A DNA stretch of 64,000 nucleotides from Haliotis cracherodii (lineage: Eukaryota): positions 62,558,001-62,622,000 of the forward strand of contig NW_027266297.1 in assembly GCF_022045235.1 (NCBI RefSeq), written 5' to 3'. The notes under the pieces are model-generated. The model was not told the origin of the DNA, searched no databases, and saw nothing but the letters and a program-made list of their open reading frames with translations. A program made the position numbers and the translations under genes. This document shows positions 13,570 through 27,790 of this stretch, in pieces. The first letter of the stretch is position 1. Each line of letters begins with the position of its first letter.

Positions 13570-14172
13570 GGAACCATACGACGGGCCCCTTGCATATACG
13601 AGTATGCAAATTATTATTAATCAACGTCAGACCCCCACGCGTTGTTAGAAAAATAAATATCATACGATCATAATTTTACAAATCATCTTTTTACGTGTTA
13701 AGTATGAACTGCGATATTATAAGACTTCAACAGTATTACAAATATACTAATATATGTATTTATATTTGCATCTGCAAACATGTTTAAAGTATAAGAAATA
13801 ACGAGAAAATATGTGATAAAATGTACCATAAATTTCTGAGTAGATAACCCGGGTATGTCCCACTTCAGCCTGTGTGGCTGCATAAACAATATGCAAAATC
13901 AACAGTTCTGGCAGTATGCGCGTATGAAGTTCCTTACATAGATAGTAATGGGCGTATATGCTGTTGTAGTATAAAATGAAAGTATACAAACCCTGGTGTT
14001 GCCAATGTGTAGCGGTTGTTGCAGAGATAGTTGTTGTTACATGTATGTACATTATTAGTAAGTTGTTGACAACACTGTCATCAAATAAAATGATGACTTA
14101 TGACGATTCTCCATTACAAAACGTTTCAACCATTCACCAAGACTTTATATTTTATTTGTAATACTTTATATA

Positions 14173-17018
14173 CTCTTCAAAAAAAAAAAGAAATGCAAAG
14201 CCTGATTTGGATGAGGTAGGAAAATATACTGAACAACAAAAGTCCCTGTGACATTGAATAAGATTTAATGCAAAGTTAATTTTTTTACCAAATCTGAAAC
14301 ATTTTCGGTTTGCGACAGATAAAAGACTCCTGTAAGTGTTCAAATGGTTTAATTTGCCATACTGACTTCAGAAAATGCGAGATTTCATAGAAAAACAGGA
14401 ACATGCATAAATGACAATTTACACATCAATAGCGTGTGTCCACCTCTGGTTGCGATGCAAGCAACACATCTTCGTCTCATGGAATGGACTAGGCGGCGCA
14501 CAAAGTCCTGTGGGATATCTCTCCAAATTTGCTGGATCATGTTTCGAAATTCCTGGAGTGTCTGTGGAACATGTGGTTGACGTCGAAGGCGCCGATCCCA
14601 TCTCATCCCACATCAGGGAAGCGAGTCGACCAGGGGATGACATTCACGTTGTTTTGTTGAAGAGAAACCTGAACAAGTTGAGCAGTATGAGGCCGGGCGT
14701 TGTCATGTTGAAAGGTAATGCCTGGGCCATGACGACCCAAAAATGATAGAACAACAAGGCCGATGATCGTGTCGCGGTAGCGCTCTCCATTGAGATTTCC
14801 CTCTTCAACTATCAAACGGGTCATCTTGCTGTGATCCCACCCCATACCATGACGCTGTCGCCCGCGTACCGATCTTCTTCCATGACACAATGATTGACGT
14901 AACGTTCACCTCGACGTCGGTACACTCGAATCCGTCCATCGTTGTGGCTGAGGTGCAAACGAGACTCGTCAGTGAATAGAACTTGTCCCCACTGAATGGC
15001 CGTCCAGCGTAGACGCTGTCTGCACCACTGTAGACGTGCTTGACGGTGGTTTCCTGTCAAAATGGGACGTCTGGCGGGTCTTCTGGCGACAATCCTTGCA
15101 CTGTTGCTGGCTGGAATCGATTTCGTAGGTGTTTTGTTCGAATCCAGTTGTCTTGTCGATTATTAGTTACGCGTGGCCTGCCACTCCGAGGATGGTCTCT
15201 GACTGCATTCGTCTGTTGCCAACGTTGCCATAAACACCAAATGGTGTTTCTGTGGACGTTAAATTATCTTGCAAAATCACGACTCAATCTTGCTTCAAGC
15301 ATACCAATGACTCGCAGACGCTCATTTTCTAATGTTGAATAATTGCGTAATTTTGTTGTTTTTCTGAGTGGTTGATATCAGCACGATGCTAAACAATGCA
15401 TATGGAATCCCGTTAACGCACATGTTTTTATACCCATTCTTGGGGCTTGCATAAAAGTCAGCTTGTTCAAGGAATGCATGCTTTTCTGTAGCAGTTGCGT
15501 TTTTGTTGCGTATGTGATTCCATACATGTACTTCAATATTGAAAAAACAACTTTACTTGTTTGAAAAATACACTAAAATATTGGTGTCACAGAAACTTTT
15601 GTTGTTGAGTATACATTTTGCGAGGAACCGTACAAGGTATTGAGCCGAAATGTTGTGGAGAGAACACTTGATGATTGTAGTCATATCAGTTAGGAAAAGT
15701 CCAAGGTGAAGGTCAGCTACCATCAATAACACGTATGTCCCCCGTTGGAATCTCCTGCCCATGGAAGAGATGAGTATGCGAATCACATCCTGGGGAATGG
15801 TAGCCAACTCGGCCTGCAACACAAAAGCCAACTACTTAAATGTCTGGGGTTGTGGTTGACGTCGGCGTAGCCGTCTATCCAATTCATTCCACAGGTGCTA
15901 TATCGGGTTTAAATCCTGGGATCTGGGGGGCCCGGGGAGAACATCAACGTTGTTGTTCTGTAGACAGGCTCTTGTGATCCGTGCTGTATGCGGTCGAGCG
16001 TTGTCCTGCTGGAATACACCGTTGCAATTGGGAGGATGTGTGGTAGGAGAATTTCGTTGATGTATCGTTGAGTCGTAAGATTGCTGTGGATATGGACCAA
16101 ACCTGTTCTGCCATGATGAGAGATAGCCGCCCACATTATAACGCTATGCCCACCAAACCTGTCCACTTCCTGTACGCAGTTTCCGGCGTATCGTTCTCCC
16201 CGACGTCTGTGGACCCGTGCTCTTCCATCCCCTCCACGGAGAAGACATCTTGATACATCGCTGAACCAGACATCTCTCCATCGCAGTTGAGGCCATACCC
16301 TGTGTTGACGACACCAATGCAGTCGTTGTTGAAGATGTTGTCGACTTAATATGACGCGTCGAACAGGACGTCTTGCTTGTAGGCCTGCTGCTCTTAAACG
16401 GTTTCGAACGGTCTGGTCGGAGATTCTGCGCAGTCCGGGTATTTGGGATGTGGTTGAGGTGGCTGTGGTAGTCCTTTCATGTAGGTGGCGCAGTCGGATG
16501 TAGCGATATTGGGCGGGGATGGTTAATCTTGGTCGTCCCGACCTTGACCGATCACGTCTTGACCCATTCTGTTGAAACCGATCCCATAGCCTTGTGGTGG
16601 TGCTGGGCGCTACGTTGAAAACCCAGGCAACAGCTGATCGGGATTACCCTGCCTACAAGCGGCCTATGACGTTGTTTCTGTGCACTTCTGTTAATCTTGG
16701 CATGTTGTTGAACTGTCACTGTTCGATTGACGCAGATGCGAGGCAATAAAAAACCGTACACTTTAATACCGTTCGTAGTGCTGCTGCTCGTGCAGTCATG
16801 CAGCTCCATGGCCCTTTTGTTAATGCACTGGATGCGTTTTCGCGAATCGTACGTGTTTCCCGACTAATGGTTTGCATGTCCTTGTTGTGATCAATTGGAT
16901 CCGGGAAATTTGTTACTGACATTATAACGCATTTAACCTCTTCATTTTGCACCTCTATGTCCGCTAATTTTGCTTTTATAGCCAAATATATCCGTGTAGC
17001 GGTTCTGTTTTTGAAGAG
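14173..17018 (-). mobile_element. Tc1 element (family B, defective), host of a nested Tc1
   Basis: TA|CTCTTCAAAAA ... TTTTTGAAGAG|TA termini. Broken transposase ~15730-16710 ('FQQDNARPH', 'RSQDLNPI*'). Confidence 0.85.
14229..15609 (-). mobile_element. Tc1 element (family A, defective) nested at a TA inside family B
   Basis: ~25-bp TIR CT(G/C)AACAACAAAAGT(C/T)(C/T)CTGTGACA with TA on both sides. Frameshifted transposase 'FTDES...FQHDNARPH'. Confidence 0.9.
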
Positions 17019-19686
17019 TATAATAGTTAAGACCGGTGGCCCAGTCGCACAAGGCGCTCATCAATCGCTCCATCACTCACGTGACTCACAGCCACATTGA
17101 AATGAACATTGTACTAAGATTATTTGCGCAAAATAGTCGAAAAACAAATATTTCCTTGTAATTTTAGTTATTCTTCGAGACATGAAAATCAAAACCCCTA
17201 CAAATCAATTGCCTGCTTGTTTAAAATCATGTGATGAATAATTTATATTGACTACATTGAAGAAGTATTAATAGTCATTGAAATGCAAATGAACACCTGC
17301 TCTAAACCTTCACACAGACCGAGACATTGACACCGTAAGCTGTGTTACAGTTATAAAAAACAGCTAAAGATTTTGGTTCATTAACACATACCAAATAACA
17401 CAAGCCCATGCCCAATTGGACGTAGGTGTAACCGTATAATTAATTTGTGTTGATAATAATATACATGTGTCTCATGAGTGTGACACAAGAATGCTGTATT
17501 TACAGTTTGTTATTGAAGATCAAGAACCAAGGGTATGTTTTAGAACACAAGATTTGCACAGTTCTCTTAAATGCCGAATATCTGAAAGGTTAGGGGTACG
17601 GATAAGTGTCATAATACAGATGGAGTGTATTTCAGCGTAATCCCCGTGTGTCGAAAGGGGGAGAATGCATCAGATTATCATTAAAAACTATCGACGCTAA
17701 CAGATTGTTCAATAAACACAAACACAAATCAGAGTCACAAAAGGAACACATTGCACCCGATAGCAATTTATGTTTTCTGAGAAAACTGACATAACGTACA
17801 CAAGGTACAACCTGTTTTAAAACATCCCAAATATTAGTCTTTTGTGTATGATGTGTACATTAAAAACTTGAACATATATAGTGCATCTCGATCTACCACA
17901 AATGAATGTAAAATATGTGTAAATGAACATACATAAATATACGTTCAATGCTCCATTGACCCCAAGACACATGGACGTATGAGAAAGAGAGAAAGAGAGA
18001 GAGAGAGTAACCAAACAAGACTATTTCAGTATTCAATTTAACGTAATGACTACTCAGCCAGTCCAGTATAGAAGAACGTTAATTAATGTTATTTGTTTCA
18101 ACATTTAAATTTAGTTTGGTGCCTCCTGTAGTAATAATACAAAAATAATTACCGAGAAAAGTTTACACAAGAACGTGATATATGAGGCCGTTCATACTAA
18201 AAAGCAATTTTGTAAATGCTTGGATCGATTTTGTACCTATTGAAAAGGACATGTATTGGAACTGCATATGGATCAAGGAATTATTAGAAGACAATAATGG
18301 ACTAAGCATCTCCGTTGTATGTGTGAATGAAACATTTGAAAGCAATCATTGGCCGTTATAGGTATGTACCAGACTGTACCAATGGCCATTTTGCCAAATG
18401 TCGACCATGTTTAAAAAATGGCTGCCGTGACTGTAAATAATTAAACAATATTCTACAACTAAAAAACTTTGTTGGTCTCTGAAGTAACTCTGTGCCATGT
18501 TTCTGAAGTTTAAGACTCTTGTAACAGTTATTACAAATGTTGCATCTTTCCTACAATGCACATATTAAATGAACCTAGTTTTTACAATAGGTACCTGGCA
18601 TTATACTTCCTCCAGTTTGTTTACATACCCTAAGCTATAATTTTGGATTCCATGTGCCGTTTCATGTCCAATTGGCTTTCCTGGATCAAACTGTATAGTC
18701 TGACCTTTTCTGTGTTAGGTGTTGAAAAAACTCTTTTTCTGAGCTTTCTTCGGGACTTTGGTGAAGTTTTACCCCACGTCCATTCGCACAGATGTATGTA
18801 ATCAGCCCTGAAAATGGTAGACATCTGACTCAAACAAAAGGCCCAGAGGTTCCTATCATTACTTATACTTCGCAATTGCAAAGACATTAATGAATGATGT
18901 GGTTGTAGATTGTATCAACTGTCAAATCACCGAACACATAAGCAAAGACCCACACAAATTGGCCACAAAATCAAATGTTCTCGCCTTTGCAATCATTATT
19001 AACTTATGGGAGCAATAAACTTCTTCCCCGTTGTCTGACTGTTCAACGGGCTCATCAGCTGCCTTAAATCAATAAGCTGACGTACACAACTGATTTTGGT
19101 AACCGTCATAAAGGTGACAGAAAGTAAACTGCAGGGAAATTGCTAAAATAATCCAGAACGCTGATTGGCTGGGACACATTCTTTATTCAGGTTACTGCAT
19201 TACATTCGCGTATTATCAAGACGCACATAGACAGGGCGTCAAACTCTTTGTTCAGCAAATTATATTTACAACAAATCTTCCCAAAATATTTACCAAACAC
19301 AGGCATTTATAAGACAATATTAACAATATTGATTTCACTTTTCATTGTGGATGCTGTCAAAGCATATGCTGAGAAGAGTCATCAGGATGTGGCATTTCCT
19401 CCAGTTTGGTGGATTTTGGAGTTTGGCTACTTCTACCCAAATTTTGGTTCCTTCCCAATTGATACCTTCAGTTATCAATAAAAAAAAAAATAATGTTATT
19501 CAGTATTTTTCAAAATCCCAAATCATCACAAGGCACCAGTTTACGACCTGACTGATCTGCATAGCAAGTTTCTGTTCCGGAAACGAGCACTATTCTCATT
19601 TTCGGTCCAACTTGTCGTCATGGAAAAAATAAATAAATGAAACAAAATTCTCAAATAATTAAATGGCAACACTAGGCTAATCTATA

Positions 19687-21169
19687 CTCAACAACTAAAG
19701 TTCCTGTGACAACATTATTTTAGTGTATTCTTCAAACAAGTAAAGTTTGGTTTTCAATATTGTAGTACATGTATGGAACCAAGACACAAAAACGCAACTG
19801 CTACGGAAAAGCATGCATTCCATGCAAAAGTTGACTTTTATGCAAGCCCCATGCATTTCACTACCCAAGAATGGGTGTAAAAAATGCGCGTTAACGAGAT
19901 TCCATATGCATTGTTTAGCATCGTGCTGACAACAACCACTCAGAAAAACAACAAAATTACGCAAATATTCAACATTACGAAATGCCACGCCTGTCCGAAA
20001 ATGAGCGTCTGCGAGCCATTGGTATGGTTGAAGCAAGATCGAATCAACGTGATGTTGCAAGACAATTTAACGTCCACAGAAACACCATTTGGTGTTTATA
20101 GCAACGTTGGCAACAGACGAATGCAGTCAGATACCATCCTCGGAGTGGCAGGCCACGCGTAACCAATAATCGACAAGACAACTGGATTCGAACAAAACAC
20201 CTACGAAATCGATTCCAGCCAGCAACAGTGACTGCAAGAAGCATCCCTGGCCTTCGACGAATATCTTCACAAACCGTACGTCGCCGCCTCAGACGTGCAG
20301 TGATTGTCGCCAGAAGACCCGCCAGACGTCCCATTTTGACAGGAAACCACCGTCAAGCACGTCTAAAGTGGTGCAGACAGCGTCTACGCTGGACGGCCAT
20401 TCAGTGGGGACAAGTTCTATTCACTGACGAGTCTCGTTTTTACCTCAGCCACAGCGATGGATGGATTCGAGTGTACCGACGTCGAGGTGAACGTTACGTC
20501 AATCATTGTGTCATGGAAGGAGATCGGTTCGGGGGCGGCAGCGTTATGGTATGGGGAGGGAAAGCAAGACAGAGGACCCTTTTGATAGTGGTAGAGGGAA
20601 ATCTCAATGGACAGCGCTACCGCGACGAGATTATCGGCCTTCTTGTTCTACCATTTTTGGGTCGTCATGGCCCAGGCATTACCTTTCAACATGACAACAC
20701 CCGGACTCATATTGCTCTACTTGTTCAGGTTTCTCTTCAACAAAACAACGTGAATGTCATCCTCTGGCCGGCTCGCTCCCCTGATCTCTCACCAATTGAG
20801 CACATGTGGGATGAGATGGATCGGCGCCTTCGACGTCAACCACGTGTTCCACAGACACTCCAGGAACTTCGAAACATGCTCCAGCAGATATGGACAGATA
20901 TATCACAGGACTTTGTGCGACGCCTGGTCCATTCCATGAGACGAAGATGTGTTGCTTGCATCGCAATCAGAGGTGGACACACGCGCTTATGGTTTGTAAA
21001 TAGACGTGTTGGCATTATCATGTTTATTTTTCACGCATTTTCTGAAGTCAGTATGGCAAATTAAACCACTTGAACACTTACAGGAGTCTTTTATCTGTTG
21101 CAAACCGAAATTGTTTCAGATTTGGTAAAAAATAATAATTTTATCATATAAATCAATGTAACAGAACAG
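19687..21169 (+). mobile_element. Tc1 element (family A), second copy in opposite orientation
   Basis: TA|CTCAACAACTAAAGTTCCTGTGACA left TIR; right TIR partly deleted. Reverse-complement colinear with 14229-15609. Confidence 0.9.
19982..21064 (+). pseudogene. Tc1 DD34E transposase with a premature stop
   Basis: MPRLSENERLRAIGM... HTH region, in-frame TAG at 20099-20101, then FTDES / HDN-x34-E (SPDLSPIE). Confidence 0.85.
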
Positions 21170-21289
21170 TATATATAGAAGAAATATTTAATGGTTTTGG
21201 AGTTTTGGAGAACGGAAATGGACGGCTGACGGGCGGACGGAGATGGTGATCGCTACATTAATTCTGTCAATTTTGGAGGGGATTGTTTA

Positions 21290-22866
21290 ACTTTGTACCC
21301 CACTATCCCACATGACAACAGGAAATTTCATTCATTTGTCCATGAAACACGGAATAAGACATCGTGGGGTGTTGTCGGGGAAGTTGTACCTCTTGTACAT
21401 TGACGCCCTCCTCCAGAAACTATCGAAGTCGAGACTTGGTGCTGTGGTTATGGATTTGAATACCTGTTCTCCGACGCAAGCCGATGATGTAGCCCTTGTT
21501 TCATCGAGAGTGTCAGCATTGAAATTAATGTTGAAAACGGCTGAGGACTACAGCTGTGACTGGCGATACATATTGTCATCTTCCAAAAGTGAGATTGTAT
21601 CATTCCCCTGCTGCAAGGGGACTCAACACAGATCTGAACTGAAGCTGTACAGTGAACCCATTCCATGGACGAACACCATCAGACATGTTGGTTTGGTACT
21701 CTCTGGCAACATGTCATCCCTTGAACATGTTACTCAAGCTTCAGTCAACCTGAGGTCAGGGGTAAGAACGCTTATTTCACGAGGTTTTCATCCTAGGTTC
21801 CTGAATCCTATAACCAGCTTGATTGTGGTAAATAATATGTACCTCCCAAAAACTCTGTATGGATCAGAACTGTGGTCAAATCTATCAAAGGTAGAATTGC
21901 TGATGCTGGAGAGGTCGTTCAGATATGTCATAAAATCTATCCAAGACCTGCCGCGACTGACCCGTACTGATGTCTGCTTGAGTCTTCTTGGTGTTCTACC
22001 CATTGAATACAATATAGATCAAAGAAAGGTGTATTTCCTGGAGCGCATCATCAACATGAACCCGAAGTTCCTGCCTCATCAGCTGTTCATGACCAGACTG
22101 ATGTTTTACATTCACCAACTGACAACCTCATCATCAGGATTTGTTCCAGACGTCATCAGATTGTTATCCAAATACAATCTCATGGATCCTCTGCTGTCGT
22201 TCCTGCGGAATGGTATCTTCATAGGGAAACAGAGATGGAAACGATTAGTGAGTAAAGCACTAAAATCTCACCACGTCTCTTCCTGGAGGCAGAGACTTGC
22301 TGCTGATCCAGAACTCCAGATGTTTAGTCGAATCCATCGACTATATGATGTCCATCCAGCCTGGCAGATCTCCTTAGACGACCCAACTCTGAGACTGAAC
22401 TCTAACTTTGTGATAAGGACGTGTGCCACCGTAAAGGGCATGTGTGATACAGGACTTGCCACAAATGTGGTCTTGTGTATCGTGATCCATTGACACATGC
22501 AGTTGTTGAGTGCGAATGTACGTGTGACATTCGGGATCAGCTCTGGATGGAGTTGATCAATATCGGTGATGTCGACTTTAGCTGCTACTTGCATGGTATG
22601 GACTCAGCAAATCTCACTGAATGCATGTTGTCTTGTAGAACAGATTACAGACAAAGATGTGACAAAGATGCTGATGACTTTGCACGAGTGTGTGTTAAAT
22701 ATGTCAAGCCAATGTTTAAAATGGTGTTCACCTAACTCTCAATACATCAGCATTGCCATTCTGCATATTTAATGCAAAATAATATGTTGTTCTGATAAAT
22801 GTTCATCTATTATTTTCTGCTTTTTTTGTACTCTTCTTTATGGAGGAATAAAAGATTATATATATA
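21290..22866 (+). mobile_element. 5'-truncated non-LTR retrotransposon (RT C-half plus Cys/His domain; RTEX-like by resemblance)
   Basis: ORF 21312-22493 'GIRHRGVLSGKLY...QADD...HVG...LYGSELW', frameshifting into 'CHKCGLVYRDPLTHAVVEC' (to 22735). 3' UTR ends ggaggaataaaagattatatatata. Confidence 0.8.
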
Positions 22867-23853
22867 CCAGTTAGGCGTCAACTGTTTCATATTTAGCTCT
22901 ATGCATAAAGATTCAGAGTGACAAAACAATCTCCACCAAATTGTATGACAAGAGGCTTGACTTCAACTTCCCTTCATGTCAAGCAATATTCCTGCTGGTC
23001 CATTCTTTGGTGTCGGTTCTGTTTTTGGCAGCGACTTCCTATGAATATGGAAAGGGTTTGTAGCTTATATTCACAGCCTCAAACATGTTCATGATTACTA
23101 TGCGATTTCCTCCCTTACATATGGAATTTGAATCTTTCTACATTAAATCAGCTCAGTAATCTATGCAGGCTGACACAAGGCAAATCGGCATTCCGTTTGC
23201 GATGAACCGGCACCTAGGCACTGTCTCCCTCATATCATATCGATAATTTAAGAACTACTTGACTAAACGTCACATGTTTATAACAATTGCTGAAAAAATA
23301 TTGAATTGCCAATAAGGCCATATTTCATTTCCACATGCCCTCATAGACTTTTCAGAAAATTATAACTACAAATTTGAAAAATAAATATTATTCATAATGT
23401 TATATCAACACAGACCCATTTAGAAGATAAACATAATATTCGTTCGAATTCAAAAGTTCAACTTTTATGTGTTTCACTATTCACGATTGTGACATCGTTT
23501 GTAACGCATTTTATAAATTTCGAGGTTTTGTTAAAAACGTAACGGGGATGTGTTAAACACATATACCCAAAATGAATTGTCACAGTCAATTGTAGTCAAA
23601 ATTAGAAATACATGAATTTCCTTTGCAATTCACCATAAACCCCATGTCCCCACAACATTTGAGCAGAACTATTACAAATAGACCACAGCGGCCTGGTCAC
23701 CTTGAAACAAACAAGACATACTGCCGTCGTGACATAACCAGCTTAACAGAGCGTCGAAAATAGGTTTATAAGCAAACATGTATATATTGTACATATGAAC
23801 CGGAACAAAATACTCAGCTAACGCTTAAACTACCACTGTTTGTAGGGGGTTCA

Positions 23854-25835
23854 TCAGAGTGACAGCAGGTGGTTTATCGAAATTGCGCTGATGAAAGAGG
23901 TTGCGGCATAGTCAACTGCTCTAGATTCTTCCTCACTATCGATGTCCTGTAATGTCAAGATCATCGGGTGAAAGGCATTGCCCTGCTTCATAAATTTAGT
24001 TGTATGTATCTTCACACAGGTTTCCAGAGGACTGGGCTGCATCTTGGGACGCAGTCGTGTCAGTATAGTATATTTCCCAGTTTCATATCTTGTATCAATA
24101 TGACGACATCTCCTCGGCAACAATGGCATTTTCTGACACGTTTTCGTTGGACCCCCTTCTCCTAGAAACAAAGATTAGGTCTAAGGTATTCGAAACGCGA
24201 AATGTATATTCACATAAACAAATAGCCTTCACTGTAGGTGACGTATGTATAGTATTTAGAGTATCCTTTTTTAACTAGTTTCAACGCATTCGGGTACAGA
24301 ATACATTGTATATTTCAGTTCCGGGCAATTAATGACTTCACATAATTTTACGCACGTGAAACGAGATCCATGTGCATCGCTATCAGCATAAGTGCTCCAG
24401 CTATTTTCTGCAAACATGTTTACAAGAGGCCTGAACGTTATCAATAACTAAAGAACGATATCGACTGGCTATGTTCTCTCCCAAAGTATAAGTGCAAGTA
24501 CCTTTGACAAAACAGTCGTGTTTCACGCAGGAGGAACGAAATCAGCAGCTGAATAGCCAGAATTATTCCTACGTATAACACGTAGTGAGGTTCAACAGCA
24601 TCTGAATATAAAACGAGTGTATTATAATCATGACGAATACGAGTTGTACGATGTTAAATGATTATTTATGAAGTTTTCATGAAAATTAACATTCCGAGAT
24701 GACAATAACAGTCATATCGTTAGTGTGTCCCGTCAGAGTAATTGAAATGGCATGACCTCATGGCCATGTTAATAATCCGCCATGTCAAGGGCAATATATG
24801 GTGTTAACACATACATACGCGTTCAAGCTAAATGTCTACGCATCCTTCAATATGCAAGAGAATTTATTAACTAGCCTAGCACATGCATGCTAACAAAATG
24901 ACAGCAACTTGAAGACACATGTCTTTGCGACAATTATAAGTACAGGCCTTCGGTCTTTGACTTATATTTAATACATAATCATCTAGCATCATCTTGAGAT
25001 CATCTTTTTGTCTATAATTTGATAAAAAGGCTCCTAATTGCTGACGTTAAATGACGTTCTGTTTATTCAAGAAATATATTTGATCGTGTCTCTTACTTTT
25101 AATAAATTCCTTTTGGTAATGTCCGTTTTTATTTATCAAACATATGGCAAGTTAAATAAATAAAAAATAAAGTACTCATATGCTCCGCCATTAAATCACA
25201 TTCTCCGTGATTACATCCACTGTTACACCTTTGGCATTCTCCTGTCGTGTAGTTACAGAGTTCACATTGGTTAGAATACGATTTACACTGGGAACCAAAG
25301 TAAGAATCGACACAGTTTCCCCAGCAGCTGTCATTTTGCACGCAATAAGATCCAACACATCCAGATGCACATCTCTTACATCCAGGTGAAGAAGTTATAC
25401 AAGGCACCTTACAGCTTCGACCAAACAACCCTAACTGACATCCATTAGAGAACACTCGCTGACACCATTTTTTATTTTTTTTGTACATGTATTATTAAAG
25501 CATCCGTGGCTACATATGTGGTTACAGTGTGAGCCATAATACCCAACAAAACACTCACTAACGCACTTGCCGTCGGAGTCACATTGGGAACATTGTTGTC
25601 CTGTAGTGCAAGGCAAATCTAGAAGAGAAGGAATGTAGGCTTCGGATAGATTAATGTTTTAATCAGGCAAACTATGTTTGATTACTTCGTCCATCTGGAA
25701 AGATAAATAACGTATTAGTTAATAATTTATCGTTTGTATTCTACAAAGGATAAGAGTAACTTTACCTGGTTGCATGCATATTTGTGCCGAAGGAATACAC
25801 AGAAAAACGCCAAGGTTACAGATAAATCCGTCCAT
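23854..25835 (-). pseudogene. EGF-repeat receptor gene A (MEGF10/SCARF-like), pseudogene
   Basis: Signal exon 25835-25766 (MDGFICNLGVFLCIPSAQICMQP|gt). EGF exon from 25618 has a 2-bp insertion near 25450, an internal deletion relative to gene B, and breaks off near 25190. Frameshifted cytoplasmic exon from 24161 ('RRGSNENVSENAIVAEEM/RHIDTRYE...SRAVD') is homologous to the gene B tail. Confidence 0.8.
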
Positions 25836-26329
25836 CACCACAGACCCCAAGCGGTCATTAAATAAATGCTGAGTACTTGTGGAAGTACACCCAGCACCGT
25901 GGCCTGTGCGGGGAACATTTCAATACATAACGCCGGGTCTCTATATGTCCCAACGAACCTGGACATATTGCCAAACTTCACAGAGCTGAGAGTTTAGGAG
26001 AGAGGGGGTAGATAGGTGAGATGAGAGCAAATAAGAGTCATGTGTATTACTACGCTATCGTCATGCCTGTGATTCAATTCGGTTTATTTTCGTAAGTGTA
26101 GGCCATCGGCCAATAGTTACATTTGTATTACAATGGACGTGATGTACACAGATGTTATTGTTGTGACAATAATGTACTACGAAGTGACATCGCTTGATAG
26201 TTAAAGATAGCTAGACGTTCAATTAATTTACAATCAGTTGTAGACATAATTATATTAAATTTTTGTTTGGTCGGATATTCAGAAACTTTTGTGGTAAGTG
26301 GTCCACGCGTTGCTTGTTATAACCGGAGC

Positions 26330-26760
26330 AAACTAACAAGAAATGATACTCGTCCTCCACATACCCAGTATTACAAACACAACATAGTCTTCTGTTACAT
26401 GGGATATCAGCGTATCTCCCAGTTTCAACACATTGCTGATGCGAAAAACATCTAATATAAACCGAGCTAGCGCCACTCTCAATTTACTGACCGTCACACA
26501 ACTAAGATACAATTCTGTACCAAACGATACCTTGAATAGAGAATAAGAAAAAGATTTACTACCCTTTTCCAGAAGACTATGCCAATCCTGTTCATAACTA
26601 CATTTCAGACGCGACATAAATTCTGTCAAAAACGAATGCGGGTGGCTTATACACTGGTTTTCCAATACAGAACCAAAACCAAAACCGAACAATAAAGATT
26701 TACATTTGAGACCCAATTAATTTTACCATTTCTTTCTGCCGAATTGAGTCATGCTTGTGC
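26330..26760 (-). mobile_element. LINE ORF2 3' fragment
   Basis: 'YSLFKVSFGTELYLSCVTVSKLRVALARF' followed by shifted 'ETGRY..RLCCVCNTGYVEDEYHFLL'. Confidence 0.7.
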
Positions 26761-27499
26761 AACTGCATGGGTAAATGGGTTTTAAAAAGAACAAACCGTT
26801 GCGAATAAGTTTGATACCTGATTTGATACGTTTTGTAGACTCTCTGATATGTTATGGTGTTTTGATTTATGTTGAGGAGGCGTTACACAAGGAATCATAT
26901 TTTGACGCCTTTTGATATGTCGCGAACGTACCACCGACCAGTTTTCCGAAAATGTTTAATCGAAACGGGCATGTGAAAACACAATGACCAATACTTGTTT
27001 CATTCATGACTACTATGAAATTACCTCCCGTACCTCGATGACATACCCAATCTGATAAACAACGTATGTAGCTAGATGAGCGCAATAGCCTATTCAAACC
27101 GAAGGTCATCTGCATTCTGTTTGTAATGAACGAGGACGTAGGCACTGATTCCTTCTCATTATTGCGGTAAAGTTTCTCACAAATGTCATGCATTTCAGGG
27201 TTTACAAAAACTTAAACAGAAACAAATTTGGAATTTTAAGAAGAAGTATATCAAATATGATATGTTATAAAGAACAGTTTAAAAAATAGAGAAGCATGTA
27301 CTTCCTGTTCAATTACACATAAGACAATCATTTGAATTAATTTCGTGTAAAATAGTGAATCTGTTAAGCACTGGATTGACGTCGCAGATGTGTTTTACAT
27401 ACAGTCTCATTTCGTGGCAACAACAGGCAAAGCTAGAGTCAGATGGTTTTATGGTGCATCAATCTGACAAATTGCTCATATGATAGGGTTGCACTCATG

Positions 27500-27790
27500 A
27501 GGTGAAATGAGGTGTAACGTCGCATTCTAGATAACTTCACCTTAATGTATATAGCGACGTGCATGAAAGCGAATGTGTGGCTGTGTGTGTGCTAGCCCAC
27601 TGAGATACCATGCCACAGTTTAACATGGATACCCCACTCAGACACATTATGCTGACTCCGAACCGACGGCGACCAGTCTTTGTTTTCTGTCCTCAATGCT
27701 GATCGCCAGGCAGGGTAACACCAGGAACCATATGTTAACGCCTTTTGAGATGTCGCGGACGGGGGATCGTTCCACCGACCTTCCGATCTC
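27500..27790 (-). mobile_element. SINE family 3 (Meta-domain-like)
   Basis: Reverse-complement similarity to 52815-53180. Confidence 0.65.
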
